From Microthyrium microscopicum (lineage: Eukaryota), in NCBI GenBank assembly GCA_010405405.1, contig MU004242.1:593751-657750 (forward strand): 64,000 nt of DNA. Direction: 5' to 3'. The notes below the pieces were generated by a model that saw only the letters and a list, made by a program, of their open reading frames with translations, ran no database searches and was not told where the DNA came from. Both the position numbers and the translations under genes were made by a program. Shown piece after piece: positions 1 to 12,773 of the stretch (its first letter is position 1; each line of letters opens with the position of its first letter).

Positions 1-544
1 ATCGTTTGCATTGGTTCCATTCTTGAACGTTGTTCTGCCTAGAGCCCACATAAAGGGGGCCTCTTTTGATGAAAGATCAAGGGAAGGACTTGAATATTGG
101 GCAGCATTTCGGCATATTATTGACATGTCGATGTTGTCTCCTGGAGAATTTGGGTTGGAATCACCGACGAGTTTGCAGTCAATGTTCTTATTGTATGTTG
201 GCTCCGAATTGCCAGTCGCTTGACGTGGGGAAAGTGTCATGGCTATACCAGATTAGTCTTTCATCACTTCCAATAGATTCGATATATTTCTCACCATTTC
301 CCTTTTTGTTTGGATAGGCGATCAGCGTGAAAGCACCCTTCATGCTGGCCCCAACGCCCACTGAGACCCAATCATATGCACCTGGTGCTGATATCCGAAA
401 GTAGAGATCGTTTGTGTCGGCCGCGGCGGTGAGTGAGACGGTAATATTCGCGCCATTTTGTGCGTAGATGTAAGTTGAAGAATTAATGGCTACCACCGGG
501 GCAGCTAACGTGGCTAACGTTGAGAGAACTATAGATGCTTTCAT
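1..544 (-). CDS. Secreted DOMON / cellobiose-dehydrogenase cytochrome-like domain protein (5' part; runs off window start)
   Basis: Signal peptide MKASIVLSTLATLAAPVVA; LYFRISAP..YDWVSVGVGASMKGA..LIAYP; after an intron at about 243-294 (GTGAGA...CTAAT...TAG) the frame continues TTLSPRQATGNSEPTY, the SPR...EP motif of fungal CDH-cyt/DOMON domains. Confidence 0.75.
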
Positions 545-1359
545 GGTGGTAAAGCACTCGGAGCGTTTGGTGTATGCTCAGGTGTGGGAAGGAGACTGAG
601 GGAGGAGAACGCTGACAGTAGTAAGAGCGCCATAATGAGAAACCCGCGACTTGTGATTTAAAGAAAGTTCTCCCAAGAAATGTGTCGGGGTAATGTTGGT
701 ATGTTGGTGATAGGATTGCAGTGCATGATATCTCATTGGAGGAGCTTGGCGCTGAGCCCAGTTCAACCGCTGGGATTGGAGGTTTGTGACCCCTGATTTG
801 GTGTATTTATAGCACAAAAAGCCTCGTTTGATATTGCTCTCCGCAGATTGGATGAAGAAATAGCCTTGCATGCGCTTACCATGCGCTCCATATTCCCGTA
901 AACTGCTTCTAGGATGTTGGATATTCCGGGAGAAGTTGAGTCGATTGATACCGTCTTGAACTGACTTTGACATAATACGAAAAGCACCGGTCGATTTTCC
1001 ATTTCCTACAACAAATGAGATAATTGTTGATTTAATCTTCATGTATGAAAGGTAAGCGCTGGAAATTTACCCTGCATATGCAAGTCGCTCACCTAAGCCC
1101 TACCATTGGATAATATATATCATCACCATCGAATTAATTGTGCCATACCTTGAAGTCAAGCAGCTTCGAGGAAACTCATTATGTAGATCGACGTTCTAGA
1201 ATGCAAAGAAAAGACTTGGTTTGTTGAAAGTTGCGATTCATTTTTGCCTTGAACATAGAAAGAAGTAAAGTAACGCTAGCTATGATAAAAGCTACCGATT
1301 GCTCAAAGTCTACAACTTGCTGTGTTGTTGAAATATATATTTTTCGCGATTGAACTCCA

Positions 1360-2014
1360 TCAATATGCCCCTCCATCATAAGGCTTGCCATATTGAGGCC
1401 CGCCAGTCTCATCAAGCCAATTCACATGCTGAATCCAACCCTTTTCATGCCATTCCATCAAATTGAATCCTTCTTGCCGGGCTTCCAAGGTCATGGCATT
1501 GACTCTCAGCCAGTTGGTCTTTTCTTCTTGCCAGCCCTCGGCCTTTGGCATCAGAACTTTGACTTTTCCTTCCTGTATCTTTGCCTTGACTGGATCAACC
1601 CCTTCAGCAACCAAATCGCGTTCAACGATCTCGGTTTCGCCATCGATTTGAAAACAGCAATTTCCGCAATTTTTACAGAAAGGCCAGCTTTTTGTTGGCG
1701 AAGGTCCAGCTCTTCCAAGTTCCGAATCGTCGAGGGGGGACAGAATCTTGATTTTATTAGTGTCATGCTCTGCCAAATTGATGTGGGATCATTACTGCGA
1801 AATCTTTGAAGGAATCTGCCACTCGAACGTGGAGAAACCCTCTCTTATGGCATTGGGTACAGTTACATTTCCGAATCATTTGAGGCGGTGGTTTGCTTTT
1901 GTCAACCCAGTTGTATGGCGGACTCGCTGGTAAAGTCAACCAGCAAACATATCGAACCGCCTGGCAACTGCAGCTGCCATAATAAACTCGTCGTTTTGGT
2001 TCTTCTGTGCTCAT
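1360..2014 (-). CDS. GFA / CENP-V family (glutathione-dependent formaldehyde-activating enzyme-like) protein, 2 exons
   Basis: GSCSCQAVRY, KCNCTQCHKRG, FCKNCG and VNAMTL motifs; intron at about 1748-1795 (GTAATG...ACTAAT...AAG) joins KDFA to ILSPLDD. Confidence 0.85.
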
Positions 2015-2821
2015 AGTGGATTGTGCTGGTTGTTTACGAAGGCGACTATGAACAGGCCGAAAAGCTCGATATTTGTGTCATCAGAAATTACCCCACCACG
2101 CCCTTCGTGTACTCGCAGTCGTTGTACGCATAACTTCTCACTTTTCGTACCTGGTCTCGAACCTAGGCAACAATGGCATCTGTGTTGCTTACATGAACGA
2201 TCGCCATTTTCTTTCCCGTCTTGGTTCTGCAAAGCCGTTGGCAGGGACCCATCATCTGCGTTCAGCTTCGCTTACCGTGGTTCGAAGGAATTTAGAGTTG
2301 GTTTTTCTCACTCTGCAAGAGCTGCTCACCGCATTTAATCTAATTGAAGATAAGACGGCCAATGGTCTCCCACGCGTTACGGCCACGCGCTCGTAACACG
2401 TTATCAGCTGATAAGAAATACGATCAAGCCTGAGTTCTGCCAATAGCTGTTACAAAATTGCTGTCGAGTCACATGAAGTCGCGTCACTCACGACTTGAAG
2501 CGGGGAAATGCAATTGACCGACGCGGGTTGTAGCCAATGCCATGTGCATGCGCAGATAGACGGCTTTTCTGGACGTGTCTGGAAGATGTTGGCCAAGGAA
2601 AGTCGACATCATTGGCGACTCGCGAGGAGGTGTCTTTGGAACCTGGCGAGTTATGATCAGTCGTAGATGGTCGTCAAGTTGGAAGACTGGAATAGAGTTG
2701 AAATCCGTGAGTATAAAAGAGGTGATAATCGCCACTTGCAATTTGGTTCATTTCAGAATACCACTTCTTGAGCTGCACTTCCTTTCTTCCACATAACCAC
2801 TTCGTCATATCGCAAGACATC

Positions 2822-3533
2822 ATGGCTCCACAACAAGGCGTTCTTTGCTGGGTGGAAATTCCGGCAAAAGACATGGACAAAGTCTATGTATTTGTCCCAA
2901 AGAGACCAAGTCATGTAGCGCCTAATGAAGATCCAGGAGTTCTACAAGTCGGCGTTTCCAGAATGGAAATTCAAAGAAACCATGACAGAAACAGATGGCC
3001 AAGCCAAGAAAATGTATCAAATCACTTTCGATCCATCAAGCCAAAGTCAGTCAGGGCATCACAATGACATGTACAGTGTTAATCAACGCAGACATGCTGG
3101 GCGGTGGAATCATCCAGCTGCCTGAGCAGTACAAGGTGGAGGTTCAAGTAAGTGTCCGTTTTGGAAGATCTGGCGGGCGTACGTGCTTGCGAAATAAACT
3201 AAGATCGATTTAGCCCATGGGAGCCGGGCTTGTGCCGTATTTCTGGTCGAACAACATTGAAGAGGTAAGTTGCGTAAGTTTTCAAGTATCATCACCAGTC
3301 TGACGAGGTTTCAGTCTGTTGCAAAAATGGAGAAACTGGGAGCAAAGTTAAGTCTCCCAAAGATGGACCAGAATGGAATGGGTAAGTCTTTCCATCCATG
3401 TCTCAGTCGATGAGCCCAAGTCTCACCGAATACAGGCTGGTTCTGTAATTTGGATGACCCTGAAGGCAATCGCTTCGGACTGTATCAACTCTCTTCCAAG
3501 GGTCAGGCTGAAGGTACGAAGACCGAATCTTGA
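2822..3533 (+). CDS. VOC / glyoxalase-bleomycin resistance family protein, multi-exon
   Basis: Spliced pieces MAPQQGVLCWVEIPAKDMDK / IQEFYKSAFPEWKF / MLGGGIIQ / GAGLVPYFLVDNIEE / KMEKLGAK..PK / WFCNLDDPEGNRFGLY match the VOC pattern (W.EIP, FY...F.W, D.EGN.FGL); exact splice sites approximate. Confidence 0.8.
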
Positions 3534-3864
3534 GCTGTGAAAGCGGAGGCACTTAGACTTAGGTGACCTAGAGACTGTATCTAGAAAATAAAGGAGAGTT
3601 AATATACGTCTGGTGATACTGTATAAGGTATTACTGTCGTTGCTTCTGAGATGAGATGAAGTTTGAGTTGAAGAAGTTGAGAGGATGAAACGTAAAGATC
3701 CCAAACCTCAAAGTCGATCCTTCTTAATTGGGAAAGTTGAATCACGTGGCGTCGCGAGAACGTGTCTTCGCGACCCAACGTGCTTGTCCTCTAACATACA
3801 TCCAACTTCTTCTCATTCTCTTCTTCGATTCAAATCAGTTTCTCCAATTCAAATTATACAAGCC

Positions 3865-4333
3865 ATGCCTCGCGCGAAACGTGCTCATGAAGACGACTCC
3901 TACGAAACATCCAAGAAGGTCAAAAGCGTTGCAAATATTGTTTCTATCGCTGTGCCCAAGCAAAAGAAGAACGACGATGGCAATGCTTACTGGGAAGTAT
4001 GTTTTGTAATAATCTAATTGTATTCGCAGAGTACTGACGTTATAAAAGCTCTCAGCAAAACGTCGCGTCACTGTAGATGAATTCAAAGGCAAGACACTTG
4101 TGGCGTTGCGCGAGTTCTACGAGAAGGATGGCAAGCTTTTGCCTGGCAAGAGTGGGCTTTCCATGACTCCAGAGCAATTTGGTGTTCTTGTGGCAGCTGT
4201 CGATCAAATCAAGGCCGTATTGAAGGACAAAGGCATCGATTTTGAGGAAGGAATTGGTGATCCAGAGGAAGATGAAGACGCAGAGGAGGAGGCTGATGCC
4301 AAGTTTGTGGTTGATGATGAAGATGATGAATGA
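3865..4333 (+). CDS. SUB1: Transcriptional coactivator PC4/Sub1 (ssDNA-binding)
   Basis: DDGNAYWE|LSAKRRVTVDEFKGKTLVALREFYEKDGKLLPGKSGLSMTPEQF is the PC4 domain; one intron at about 3997-4049; acidic tail. Confidence 0.88.
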
Positions 4334-5307
4334 GATGCTCAATCGTTGCTGAGTCCAATTTGATGGGTACCAATTGGTATGTACCCAATTTGTCATGATG
4401 TGGTTCTCCAATAACATGGCTAATGTCATAACTTCATAAGTACTGGCCGAAGCTTTCTCTGATGACTGATAATACTAAACTTCATTGTTGTTTGAGCATC
4501 TCGACAAACAAGAGTCCATACGTAACATTTGACTTGCGGGCCAAATCCCTTCAAACCCGTCTCAAATTCACAAAAAACCTATGAGTTTCTATATTCAAAT
4601 CTTTACCGCAAGACACAGGATTAAAAATGTATATAATTGCCATGCTGGTCATATCTAAAAACCCTCGTTGAGTCCTCGGTGATCAACTACCCAGACTTGG
4701 CTGTATTCTTTGAGACAGGTTCTTCTCATGATCAACAGGCCCATTGAAGACTTACAAATGGCAAACTTCCGGCATTCTGCTTGATGCGAACATAACATCC
4801 ATTCATATAATGCATACCTGGCGTGGCGCACTTGAAAGTATAAGAGTATCGCGGGGCAAGGGTGATTTGGCTGGGCTAGGATATATAGCAACAAGGACTA
4901 TGAGGAGCAGTAAGCGTACTGAATTTGAGCCGACCGTACTTTTCAAAGTTACCAGCAGCATTTATTGCGAGATCATCTGCTTTATATGATTTGAAAATGA
5001 AGAAAACATATTTCCTAATTGGGCAAGGTTGCTAGGCGCCGAGATCACATGATAGCGTGATTCGTCCGCGAAATCCGAGATGCCAGGTGGGACGCGTTTG
5101 TGCGTTTGTTCATTGCTACTACCTACCAGCTCCTCGTATTCAAAATCTATCTTCTTTTTCTTTTTCATGTCGTTTCTTTTGTTCTATCTCTTTCTGGGTC
5201 TATCGGGTACACAACATTATTAGCCGCTGCGCGAGCGTGCATGTAACAGCTCCATCACCTCTTCATATGCGATCTCCCAGAAGCCGAGATCTACATACGG
5301 TTGAGCT

Positions 5308-6756
5308 ATGGCAACTACAGAATCATATCCTAGCTTCAGCAACGATTGGGTCCCACCAAGTGCGCAGCTCCCAAGCACAGAAGCCATAATCACGGAATAC
5401 GCAAATGCAGAGCCTGAAGATGCGCAGCCACTACCAAAACCACAACCGGAGACCACGGCAAATGGACTCACAGCATTAACACGATCGTGGCCACTATCAA
5501 CTCCACCCAAACGCAAGCGAAAACAACCTCCTACACCTAACTTACACCCATCCCCAGGCTCGGCGCTTACAGCTTCTGGCCGAAAGAACGTAGAGTCATG
5601 GATTGCTACCATCGGCTCAACGCCCGAAACAAAAACGCCAGAACAAGTTGAAGAGAAGACCCCAGAGTCCAAAAAGCGCCGTCTAACTCCTCCGAGCCCA
5701 TTAATGCCCAAAATTCGCAAGATCAGCAATATAAAAGCGCCACTATATTCGCCAAAGCACCCGCGCAGAGAAGTAATCCTGCAAGCCAACGGCATCGCAC
5801 TTCCAACGAAAGATATATTTGATCCATGGAATGCGTGCACAACAGGCCACCAGCGGGCGGAGAATCGAATGGGTCATAGTACGGATTGGCGAGCAAGTCG
5901 GGAGCGCAAACTCAAGGAACAATTCTCGGACGCGACAGGACGTGGTGGAAAGAGGCTATACGATACCGTTGGCGCTGGAAGCGAACAGTTCGGCAAAGAT
6001 GGACGGAAAGTCAATGGTGGCTGGCACAAGGGTGCACCTGGACTGCGTGGATCAGATCAGAAAAGCATTGTGGATTGCTTCAAGGCCGGCGGGACAAAGA
6101 AGAACGCCTTTCCTCCGCCTTTTGAGAAAACAGTCGAAGCGAAGTCGTCCACGATGGAAACGAAAGTTGACCACATGCAAGGCATCTCTGAGGTCAAATC
6201 GGAAGAGCTTGCTAACGACTATGATGTTGAGTCGTCTCTTAGCGCACCAACAAGCAATATCCTCCGGGGCGCCGTAATCTACATCAACGGCTCCACGTAT
6301 CCGCTGATAGGCGACCATCAACTACGCAAAATGATCGCTTTGCATGGCGGCAATACATCTCTTGCATTGGGTCGCAAGACTGTCACGCATGTCATTCTCA
6401 CGCACAAAGATCCGCCACACAAACCTGCTCAACCACCATTAGCGTCTCTGTTTTACCAGACTGGCACCTTTCCGCCGGCAAGCACCACGACGCAGACTGA
6501 CGCTACGATGCAAAGCTCTTTTCTTGCTGCAGGTGGTGGTTTGGCTGCTGGGAAGATAAGAAAGGAGGTGCAGCAGCGTAAAGCACCAGCAATCAAGTAT
6601 GTAACAGCGCATTGGGTGCTCGAGAGCATCAAAGCGGGTAAACGGCTTCCTGAGTCGCGGTTTGCGGATTGGCGCTTCGTGGAAAAGGGACAGAAGGATG
6701 TGAGAGCTTTCTTTGGTGTTGGGAAAGGCGATGAGGATGTCGAAAAGAAGAATTGA
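5308..6756 (+). CDS. BRCT-domain protein (C-terminal REV1-like BRCT, long disordered N-terminus)
   Basis: 482-aa ORF; ILRGAVIYING...LRKMIALHGG...VTHVIL...YVTAHWVLESIKAGKRLPESRF fits the BRCT consensus. Confidence 0.8.
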   Translation: MATTESYPSFSNDWVPPSAQLPSTEAIITEYANAEPEDAQPLPKPQPETTANGLTALTRSWPLSTPPKRKRKQPPTPNLHPSPGSALTASGRKNVESWIATIGSTPETKTPEQVEEKTPESKKRRLTPPSPLMPKIRKISNIKAPLYSPKHPRREVILQANGIALPTKDIFDPWNACTTGHQRAENRMGHSTDWRASRERKLKEQFSDATGRGGKRLYDTVGAGSEQFGKDGRKVNGGWHKGAPGLRGSDQKSIVDCFKAGGTKKNAFPPPFEKTVEAKSSTMETKVDHMQGISEVKSEELANDYDVESSLSAPTSNILRGAVIYINGSTYPLIGDHQLRKMIALHGGNTSLALGRKTVTHVILTHKDPPHKPAQPPLASLFYQTGTFPPASTTTQTDATMQSSFLAAGGGLAAGKIRKEVQQRKAPAIKYVTAHWVLESIKAGKRLPESRFADWRFVEKGQKDVRAFFGVGKGDEDVEKKN

Positions 6757-7232
6757 TGAATGATATGGGAACGAACGGATCATTGGGACATGAACGAATT
6801 GTTAGCATTGAAGATACCCCAGGTTAAAGGAATAAATGGCATCGGGACGGGATTAACCATTACGAAACGCATTGGAAAACTGCATGGAACGACTGATGAA
6901 TGGAACTGAAAACGAAATCGCTCAGCAGAAGCAAGATGATGAAAATATGAATAGATACTTAGATTGGACAACAAAATGGAATTGGGCGCAGCGCATAACT
7001 GAAATGACAAGATGATAAATCCAGTGGTCTATAAAGGTATCAAACGTGCAACGACTATTGCTCAAATGATCCCGCTATGCATTAAGAACCACTTCCGCAA
7101 ATATATCTATGAAAGGCATTCGTAACATATGCAAATGAACAGTCGATCGATCGTAAGGAATTCGTCAGGAGGTCGTCATAAGTCGTTTATGGTGCGGGCG
7201 CCGTTGATCAAGTCGTGACCAAGTCATTACAT

Positions 7233-8378
7233 TCAGCAGCGTCTCGACCGCCGATTCTTCTTCTTCTTTTTCTTTCCTCCCTTCTTCCTCGGCGTCGGTG
7301 GCTCCTCCACATCGCCTTCATCAACCATTGCATGGACCTCCATGCCCGGATACATCCACGGCGGGAGCATGAGTTCATCATCCGTATCCAGCACATTATC
7401 GTCTTCACCATTCAGGTACTTCAACTCCTCAATTTCCTTTGGTGGATCTTCAAACAGTAACGACCGTCGAGGTCTCATCTCTGGTCCCTCAGTCCGTCGT
7501 CTCAACCGGCGTGCAGACGATCCCAACATCTCAAAGTCGTCAAGCGGCATGATATCCTCATTATCGGAATCTGAGCCGATGGATTCGGCCAAGTTGCGTT
7601 TATGATTGCCGCCTTTCGACCAGCGTTTCTTTTTGCGCAGATACCGCTGTCGTTGCTTCTCGTCAAATTCTTTCTGTTCTTGGCGGGCAGCGCAGCGTAG
7701 ACGCTCCATGTCGTCGGCAAGGCCGCTATTGTCGACGTTATAGTCGTCGTCAGACTCGGAAGAGGATGAGGAGGATTCGAGGAAGAAATCGTCAAAGGCG
7801 GTGTTGATGGCTACTTGGACGATGACTTCAATGTCACTGGCGGCATCTTCGGTTTGGGAAGGTTGCAGGATCTCGGCTTCAGAGTCGTAGCTTATGTCGT
7901 CAATAGTAATTTCTTCGAGGATGAATTCGTGGTCCTCTGATTCGTCAGAGTCCTCAGAGTTGCTGGAGGAGTCGGTTCTCATGGAGCTTCGTCGTGAGCA
8001 AGGTGCTCTTGGGGGAGCGGATGGTGCTTCTGGTACTTCTGGTGCTTCAGGGGCCTCGATTTCGATATCAGAAGTGTCGTCTGCTTCACTGGAAGAATCT
8101 GAATCTTCGGTCTCGGACTCAGATTCTTGCTCTGAGGAGTCGGAGTCGGAGGATATTTCTCTGAATAGTGGAGCGTAGGAGAACTTGTGGCCAGACACTG
8201 GAGCAATATGCTCTGGTGGTGATATCATGGGACCAATGATGCCACGACGTTTGTTCTTGATAGGTGTAGTTTTTGTTGGAGCTTTGAATGATGAAGCTGA
8301 TTCTGGAGTCGATGGTGGGGAGTTCGGGTCGTTGGGCCCGGGAAAGGTAAACCTTTCCGCTCCAGTTGGAATCTCCAT
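7233..8378 (-). CDS. Acidic/Ser-rich hypothetical protein with basic NLS-like clusters
   Basis: ~380-aa ORF, first ATG at 8378; D/E/S tracts, YLRKKKRWS.G..KR and RRLRRR motifs, poly-K C-terminus. Confidence 0.7.
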   Translation of the reverse strand: MEIPTGAERFTFPGPNDPNSPPSTPESASSFKAPTKTTPIKNKRRGIIGPMISPPEHIAPVSGHKFSYAPLFREISSDSDSSEQESESETEDSDSSSEADDTSDIEIEAPEAPEVPEAPSAPPRAPCSRRSSMRTDSSSNSEDSDESEDHEFILEEITIDDISYDSEAEILQPSQTEDAASDIEVIVQVAINTAFDDFFLESSSSSSESDDDYNVDNSGLADDMERLRCAARQEQKEFDEKQRQRYLRKKKRWSKGGNHKRNLAESIGSDSDNEDIMPLDDFEMLGSSARRLRRRTEGPEMRPRRSLLFEDPPKEIEELKYLNGEDDNVLDTDDELMLPPWMYPGMEVHAMVDEGDVEEPPTPRKKGGKKKKKKNRRSRRC

Positions 8379-10309
8379 AACAGTCAATAGTGCTGTTATG
8401 AGATATAATGATAGCTATTCGATGACTGAATCACTGATGGTGTCATCCAAAGATGACTGGAACAGTGAGGTTGTTCTCAAGATAACAATCAGGGGATTAT
8501 ATATGGTCTTGGCAAAAACTGCGGCGATTCAGGTTGTTGATAGAAATTTGAGATCGTAAATATTCTCATTGTGGTGTTGTTTGAAGAATTGGGAATTTTA
8601 GAATCCCTCTGATATGAGGGGTGTTCTGGTATATTCTGATAGCATTGTCAGCAGGAATCGCAACAGCTTATCAGCGGACTCGATCAGGAACAATTACGCC
8701 TCGCAAGTTCCAGAAAGATGAGAAAAGGGAAACAAACCAGAAATGAAGCTGTTGCTTTTTTTGCTAGTATCAGATTCACTGAAATGTTTACAGGGTAAGC
8801 TGGCGTAACACAGTGGGACAATCGTAGGAGTAGAAGGACCAGAAAGTGAGTGAAAAGAATAGACGAATGTGGGAAAGAGGTGGCGGGCACAATTTTGTAT
8901 GGACAGCGACTTTTCTCACAAATGACGAGATGAGTAAAAAAGCACGGCTTTCAAGTCTTTGCTGGCAAGGCAAAGCAAAGGAAGAAAGAAAAAAAATCGC
9001 CTGAACCGGCAAATCAGGCAGGCAACTGGTAGCATCTGGATATGCGCCCGAAACAAGACTCCAGGCTTACCCTGCGGGTCTTGACGGTCAGAATAAGATG
9101 TGTCGAACAACTGTTTGTCGGCTGTCAGGCTGTGCGAAGGACCAGAAATGCTCGGTTGCTGCATCAATTGGGCCAATTGAATGACAGAGACACGGAAAGA
9201 CTCGAAGGCGCCACTACAGGAGAATAGAGTGTTGTTCGTCAAGTGGTGGTTTTTGGGTTCAAACTTCCCCTTTTAGGTTGGGAGAAAATAGCTTTAGGTG
9301 GCCAGCGATAAGGTGCAGCCCGAACCCGGAGTGTTGGGACAAATTGTCTACAGGGCGAGAGCGGGCCAATTGGACCCACAGGAGATCCGGTGAGACAGGA
9401 TTTAAGAATTTGATAGAGGGAATTGAACGGGTGCGGATGGGGAAGTTGACGAGAGAGAAAGATCATCCCGTGGATAGAAGAGTGGGTTGCTGCATGAGAA
9501 GCACGACAGCAAGATCAATGATTTGGGTGGAGGGGCTACAGGCCAAAGAAAGCTCGAGGGGTAGTTAGCAGTTAGCAAATATTAGAGTACGGAGTAGAGT
9601 TAGAAGATGTGGTTGGCTAGAGACGCTGACAATGCCTACCGCATCATGGCTGTAAATTGTGACTTGTCTTAAGACGTGGTTGAGCTGAATCCAGAAAGGA
9701 GAAGAAGAAGAAACATCAATGTTTCAAACCCCTTGATCACTCTACGCCCTGGTACCCAATTTTGAATTGTAAGGCGGTCTGAATTTCGAATAAAGCCGCA
9801 TTCTGAATATGAGTAAAGTCACTATTGAGTATTGACATTTCAAGATATTGAATATCACCCCAGCTGAGTCTGATCAAGGTATCGAATCCGAGGTCGGTTG
9901 AATCAGGTCAGGGATGATTGGAAGTTAGGTTGTGACGCATAAAGCGCCTATCGTCCGCATTGCAGTAGTATCATGTACGATCCCTAAACCGTCAAAATGA
10001 TATTGAAGCCCCGAAATACTAAATAAGCTATTATAGCAGAGCAATACCCACGTTGGCCATCTAGTGCCATGTTCTTCATATCGCACTCAAGTCTCAAAAT
10101 TCCAACTTGCAGTCCTTCAAACTGTTCATTCCAGCTCGACTATAAGTACCTTGTTTTCTTGTGTGCGGTCGTGCAACAGAAGCTGTTAGCTTTCAAATGA
10201 TTTGGAAACCAATACATTTGTGGGCAATGTGCTCAAGAGCTGTGCGGCAAGTGTTGAAGTAGTTCTCTGTGACCATGTACTGGCGAGGTTGCACAAATCT
10301 AGGAAAGCA

Positions 10310-11125
10310 TCATGTTGATTGATCAGCATTCCCATGCTGGAGAACCTGCTGCAAGTCTGTCAATGAACTGATACTCGGAGGAGTAGATGCCAAGTCAGTG
10401 TCCTCCATCTCGGCGAAACGAACACAGAAGATAGCATTAGCTAGAGCGGGTTTCATATCCCGTTCATCGCTATCGCCAATGTATGCCATTTCGTCAGAAG
10501 AAATCTCCAGGTGCTGCAAAACCTTCGGAAACAGACCCATAGTCTTTGAAACTCGAAGGTCGTTGCTAGTAGCTAGAAAGTCAATGTACTCATTCAGACC
10601 AAGAGCTTCGATGGTTTGTTCCTGTGCATCTTGTGGTCCTTCAGTGATGACTACAATCTTCTTGCCCATGCTCTTAATAGTTTTCAGCAGATCTAGTGCT
10701 CCAGGTTTAAGTTGCAGTGATTTCATGAGCGTAGCGTCATATTGACGCACGATATAGCTCAGATAGGCATCGTGCAGTGGTAGGAAGGAATGATCTAGAA
10801 GTGTTCCGAATCTCTCACGTCGGTATTCTGCGGCGGTCCTGCCATCTGTGAATGCGTTTGCTGTTTTGTTTGCGAGGATCCGGAGATATTCTTCTTTCAA
10901 GGTTGGAAGGGGCGCATCCCATTTCCTGGAGATCCACCCGAGTACTTCGGTGGTAGCGGCTTTGGATGCTTGGCGGAATTCGTGTAGCGTGTCGTCTAGG
11001 TCAAAGCCAATCCAGGTCTTCTCTGCTAAGATGGCTTGTATTCGAAGGAAGTCTCGGTTTTTCGCTGTAAACGGCAGATTTTGAAGTGAAAGCGCTGATT
11101 TGTGGCACTGGCAATGGTGGGCCAT
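10310..11125 (-). CDS. HAD-superfamily hydrolase
   Basis: Motif I FDLDDTL, motif II ITEG, Lys in VSK, motif IV YIGDSDERD; intronless 271 aa. Confidence 0.88.
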   Translation of the reverse strand: MAHHCQCHKSALSLQNLPFTAKNRDFLRIQAILAEKTWIGFDLDDTLHEFRQASKAATTEVLGWISRKWDAPLPTLKEEYLRILANKTANAFTDGRTAAEYRRERFGTLLDHSFLPLHDAYLSYIVRQYDATLMKSLQLKPGALDLLKTIKSMGKKIVVITEGPQDAQEQTIEALGLNEYIDFLATSNDLRVSKTMGLFPKVLQHLEISSDEMAYIGDSDERDMKPALANAIFCVRFAEMEDTDLASTPPSISSLTDLQQVLQHGNADQST

Positions 11126-11773
11126 GTTTCGTATACTTTGAGGGATCCCAAGTTCCTTATAAGGTTTTTAGGTTGGTTGCTACAAGGTCCTTGATAAACG
11201 CCCAAGTAAAGTGTCGATGATTTTGAGGCTTCTGCTCCGTAGAGACGATCAGTAGTAAAAGGTAGGAAGGCTCAAGTTGGAGATGCATTTGATGTCGTGG
11301 GGAGGATAAAATTGGTGTGACTCAAGTGTTGCATCCAGCCCGAACCATAAAAAGCGAAGTGTGGCCAATTATTGATTATCGGTTCCAAATTATTATGCTC
11401 AAGTTGGAAGCGAATCTTGATGATATCGGCAACCGTAGCAACATGGCGGGTTACCATGTTCGGAGAATTCTTTCGTTATGTTCAAACTATTGAAGATAGG
11501 AGAATGAGTTAGACTCGCAGATTGTCTTGAAATCCTTTGAGGGCGCCTCAAACGGGGCATGAATGAGGTGTAAGACGTCGAGCTTACCTCATCAAGATAT
11601 CAAAACTACTATCATACTCGGTACAGAGACGGGAATCGACTTGTAATGGATAGTGTTTCATTCTGAAAGCTACTGTAGATGAAGAAGAGAAAGAGTTCAA
11701 GATGGCAGCTGTTGAAAGTTTGAGGCTTATGGCGTATAATTTCCCCAAACTCCAGTCTCCATATGCAAGGGGA

Positions 11774-12014
11774 CTCTCGAGGGACAAAATAAGTGAGCCG
11801 TCTGGACGACTACTCCTATCGATTGCGATGACCGCCATAATACTTCCTAAAGAGTAACTACTTTGATTACCGTCCTATTTGATAAGTTGAGACTAATTTG
11901 ACGACGCTGGTAGGAATTAGAGCAATCGCTCTCTAAGAAGCTTTATGGCAGCCATCGCAATCAATGGGAGTTAGGTAGTTGTCGAAACGGCTCACTTATT
12001 TTGTCCCTTGAGAG
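11774..12014. mobile_element. MITE-like hairpin element, copy 1 (~80-bp imperfect inverted arms)
   Basis: Left end CTCTCGAGGGACAAAATAAGTGAGCCG is the near-perfect reverse complement of right end CGGCTCACTTATTTTGTCCCTTGAGAG; arms continue inward (GATTGCGATGACCGCCATAA / TTATGGCAGCCATCGCAATC); second copy at 24879-25114. Confidence 0.85.
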
Positions 12015-12773
12015 GGGGGACTAGTGTGACATGGATGGTTAGTTCCTGGCCTATCACCATCTGCAACTTGCTTTTGTGGACAAGGAGCGTGAAGGAGTCG
12101 CGGATACACTTTCTTGTCGTTCAAGTCGTTCTTGTTGCTCCTCCAGAAGTCTAGATTATTGAAGCCCCTAATCCTATCATCACCACGTTAAGCACCTTCT
12201 CCACGACTGTTCTGCAGATTCATTATGCACCTGGTCTGCAGCACCTCCATGTTCTGCAGCGACCCTGTCGGATATGTCCCTCGTTGTCGTCAAGGCTAAT
12301 TGTTGATCTGTACCACTGCACCTGTCAACCACCTACTACCTGTTACTTCGTCAACAATCCACCAGCTCCACCAAGCAATTATCTCGCTCTTTTATTTTCT
12401 ATCGTGTGTCTCACGCTTGCCGCGTTTGCACGATAAACCCTCGGACCACTTAAGACCTCATTTGCTGCCATAAAAGGCCGTGCACTATCTTCCGCGCAAC
12501 GGGTCACCCGCTTCCCTTTCCTTGCCGTCTACAGTCCTTGACTCCTCTCCAACTTCCTTTCTCCTTTTGCAAATAAATACACCTTCAAGAGAACATAATC
12601 CAAATCATGGCTACCATTGTCATGGTTCTTGCTCCAATTCGCCTTCTGTAATATACCGCCAGAATCCTCTTGCTACAGTACTACTCAACGTTCACTCCAC
12701 AACTCCTTACGCTTTACATGCGCGCCCTCGTTCCTGGTATCTCCAAACTAATCCCAAGGTCAATCAAACAACC

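Noticed and set aside
8400..10300. Short ORFs in the long region upstream of the acidic-protein gene
   Set aside because: No motifs or coherent splice structure; treated as UTR/promoter
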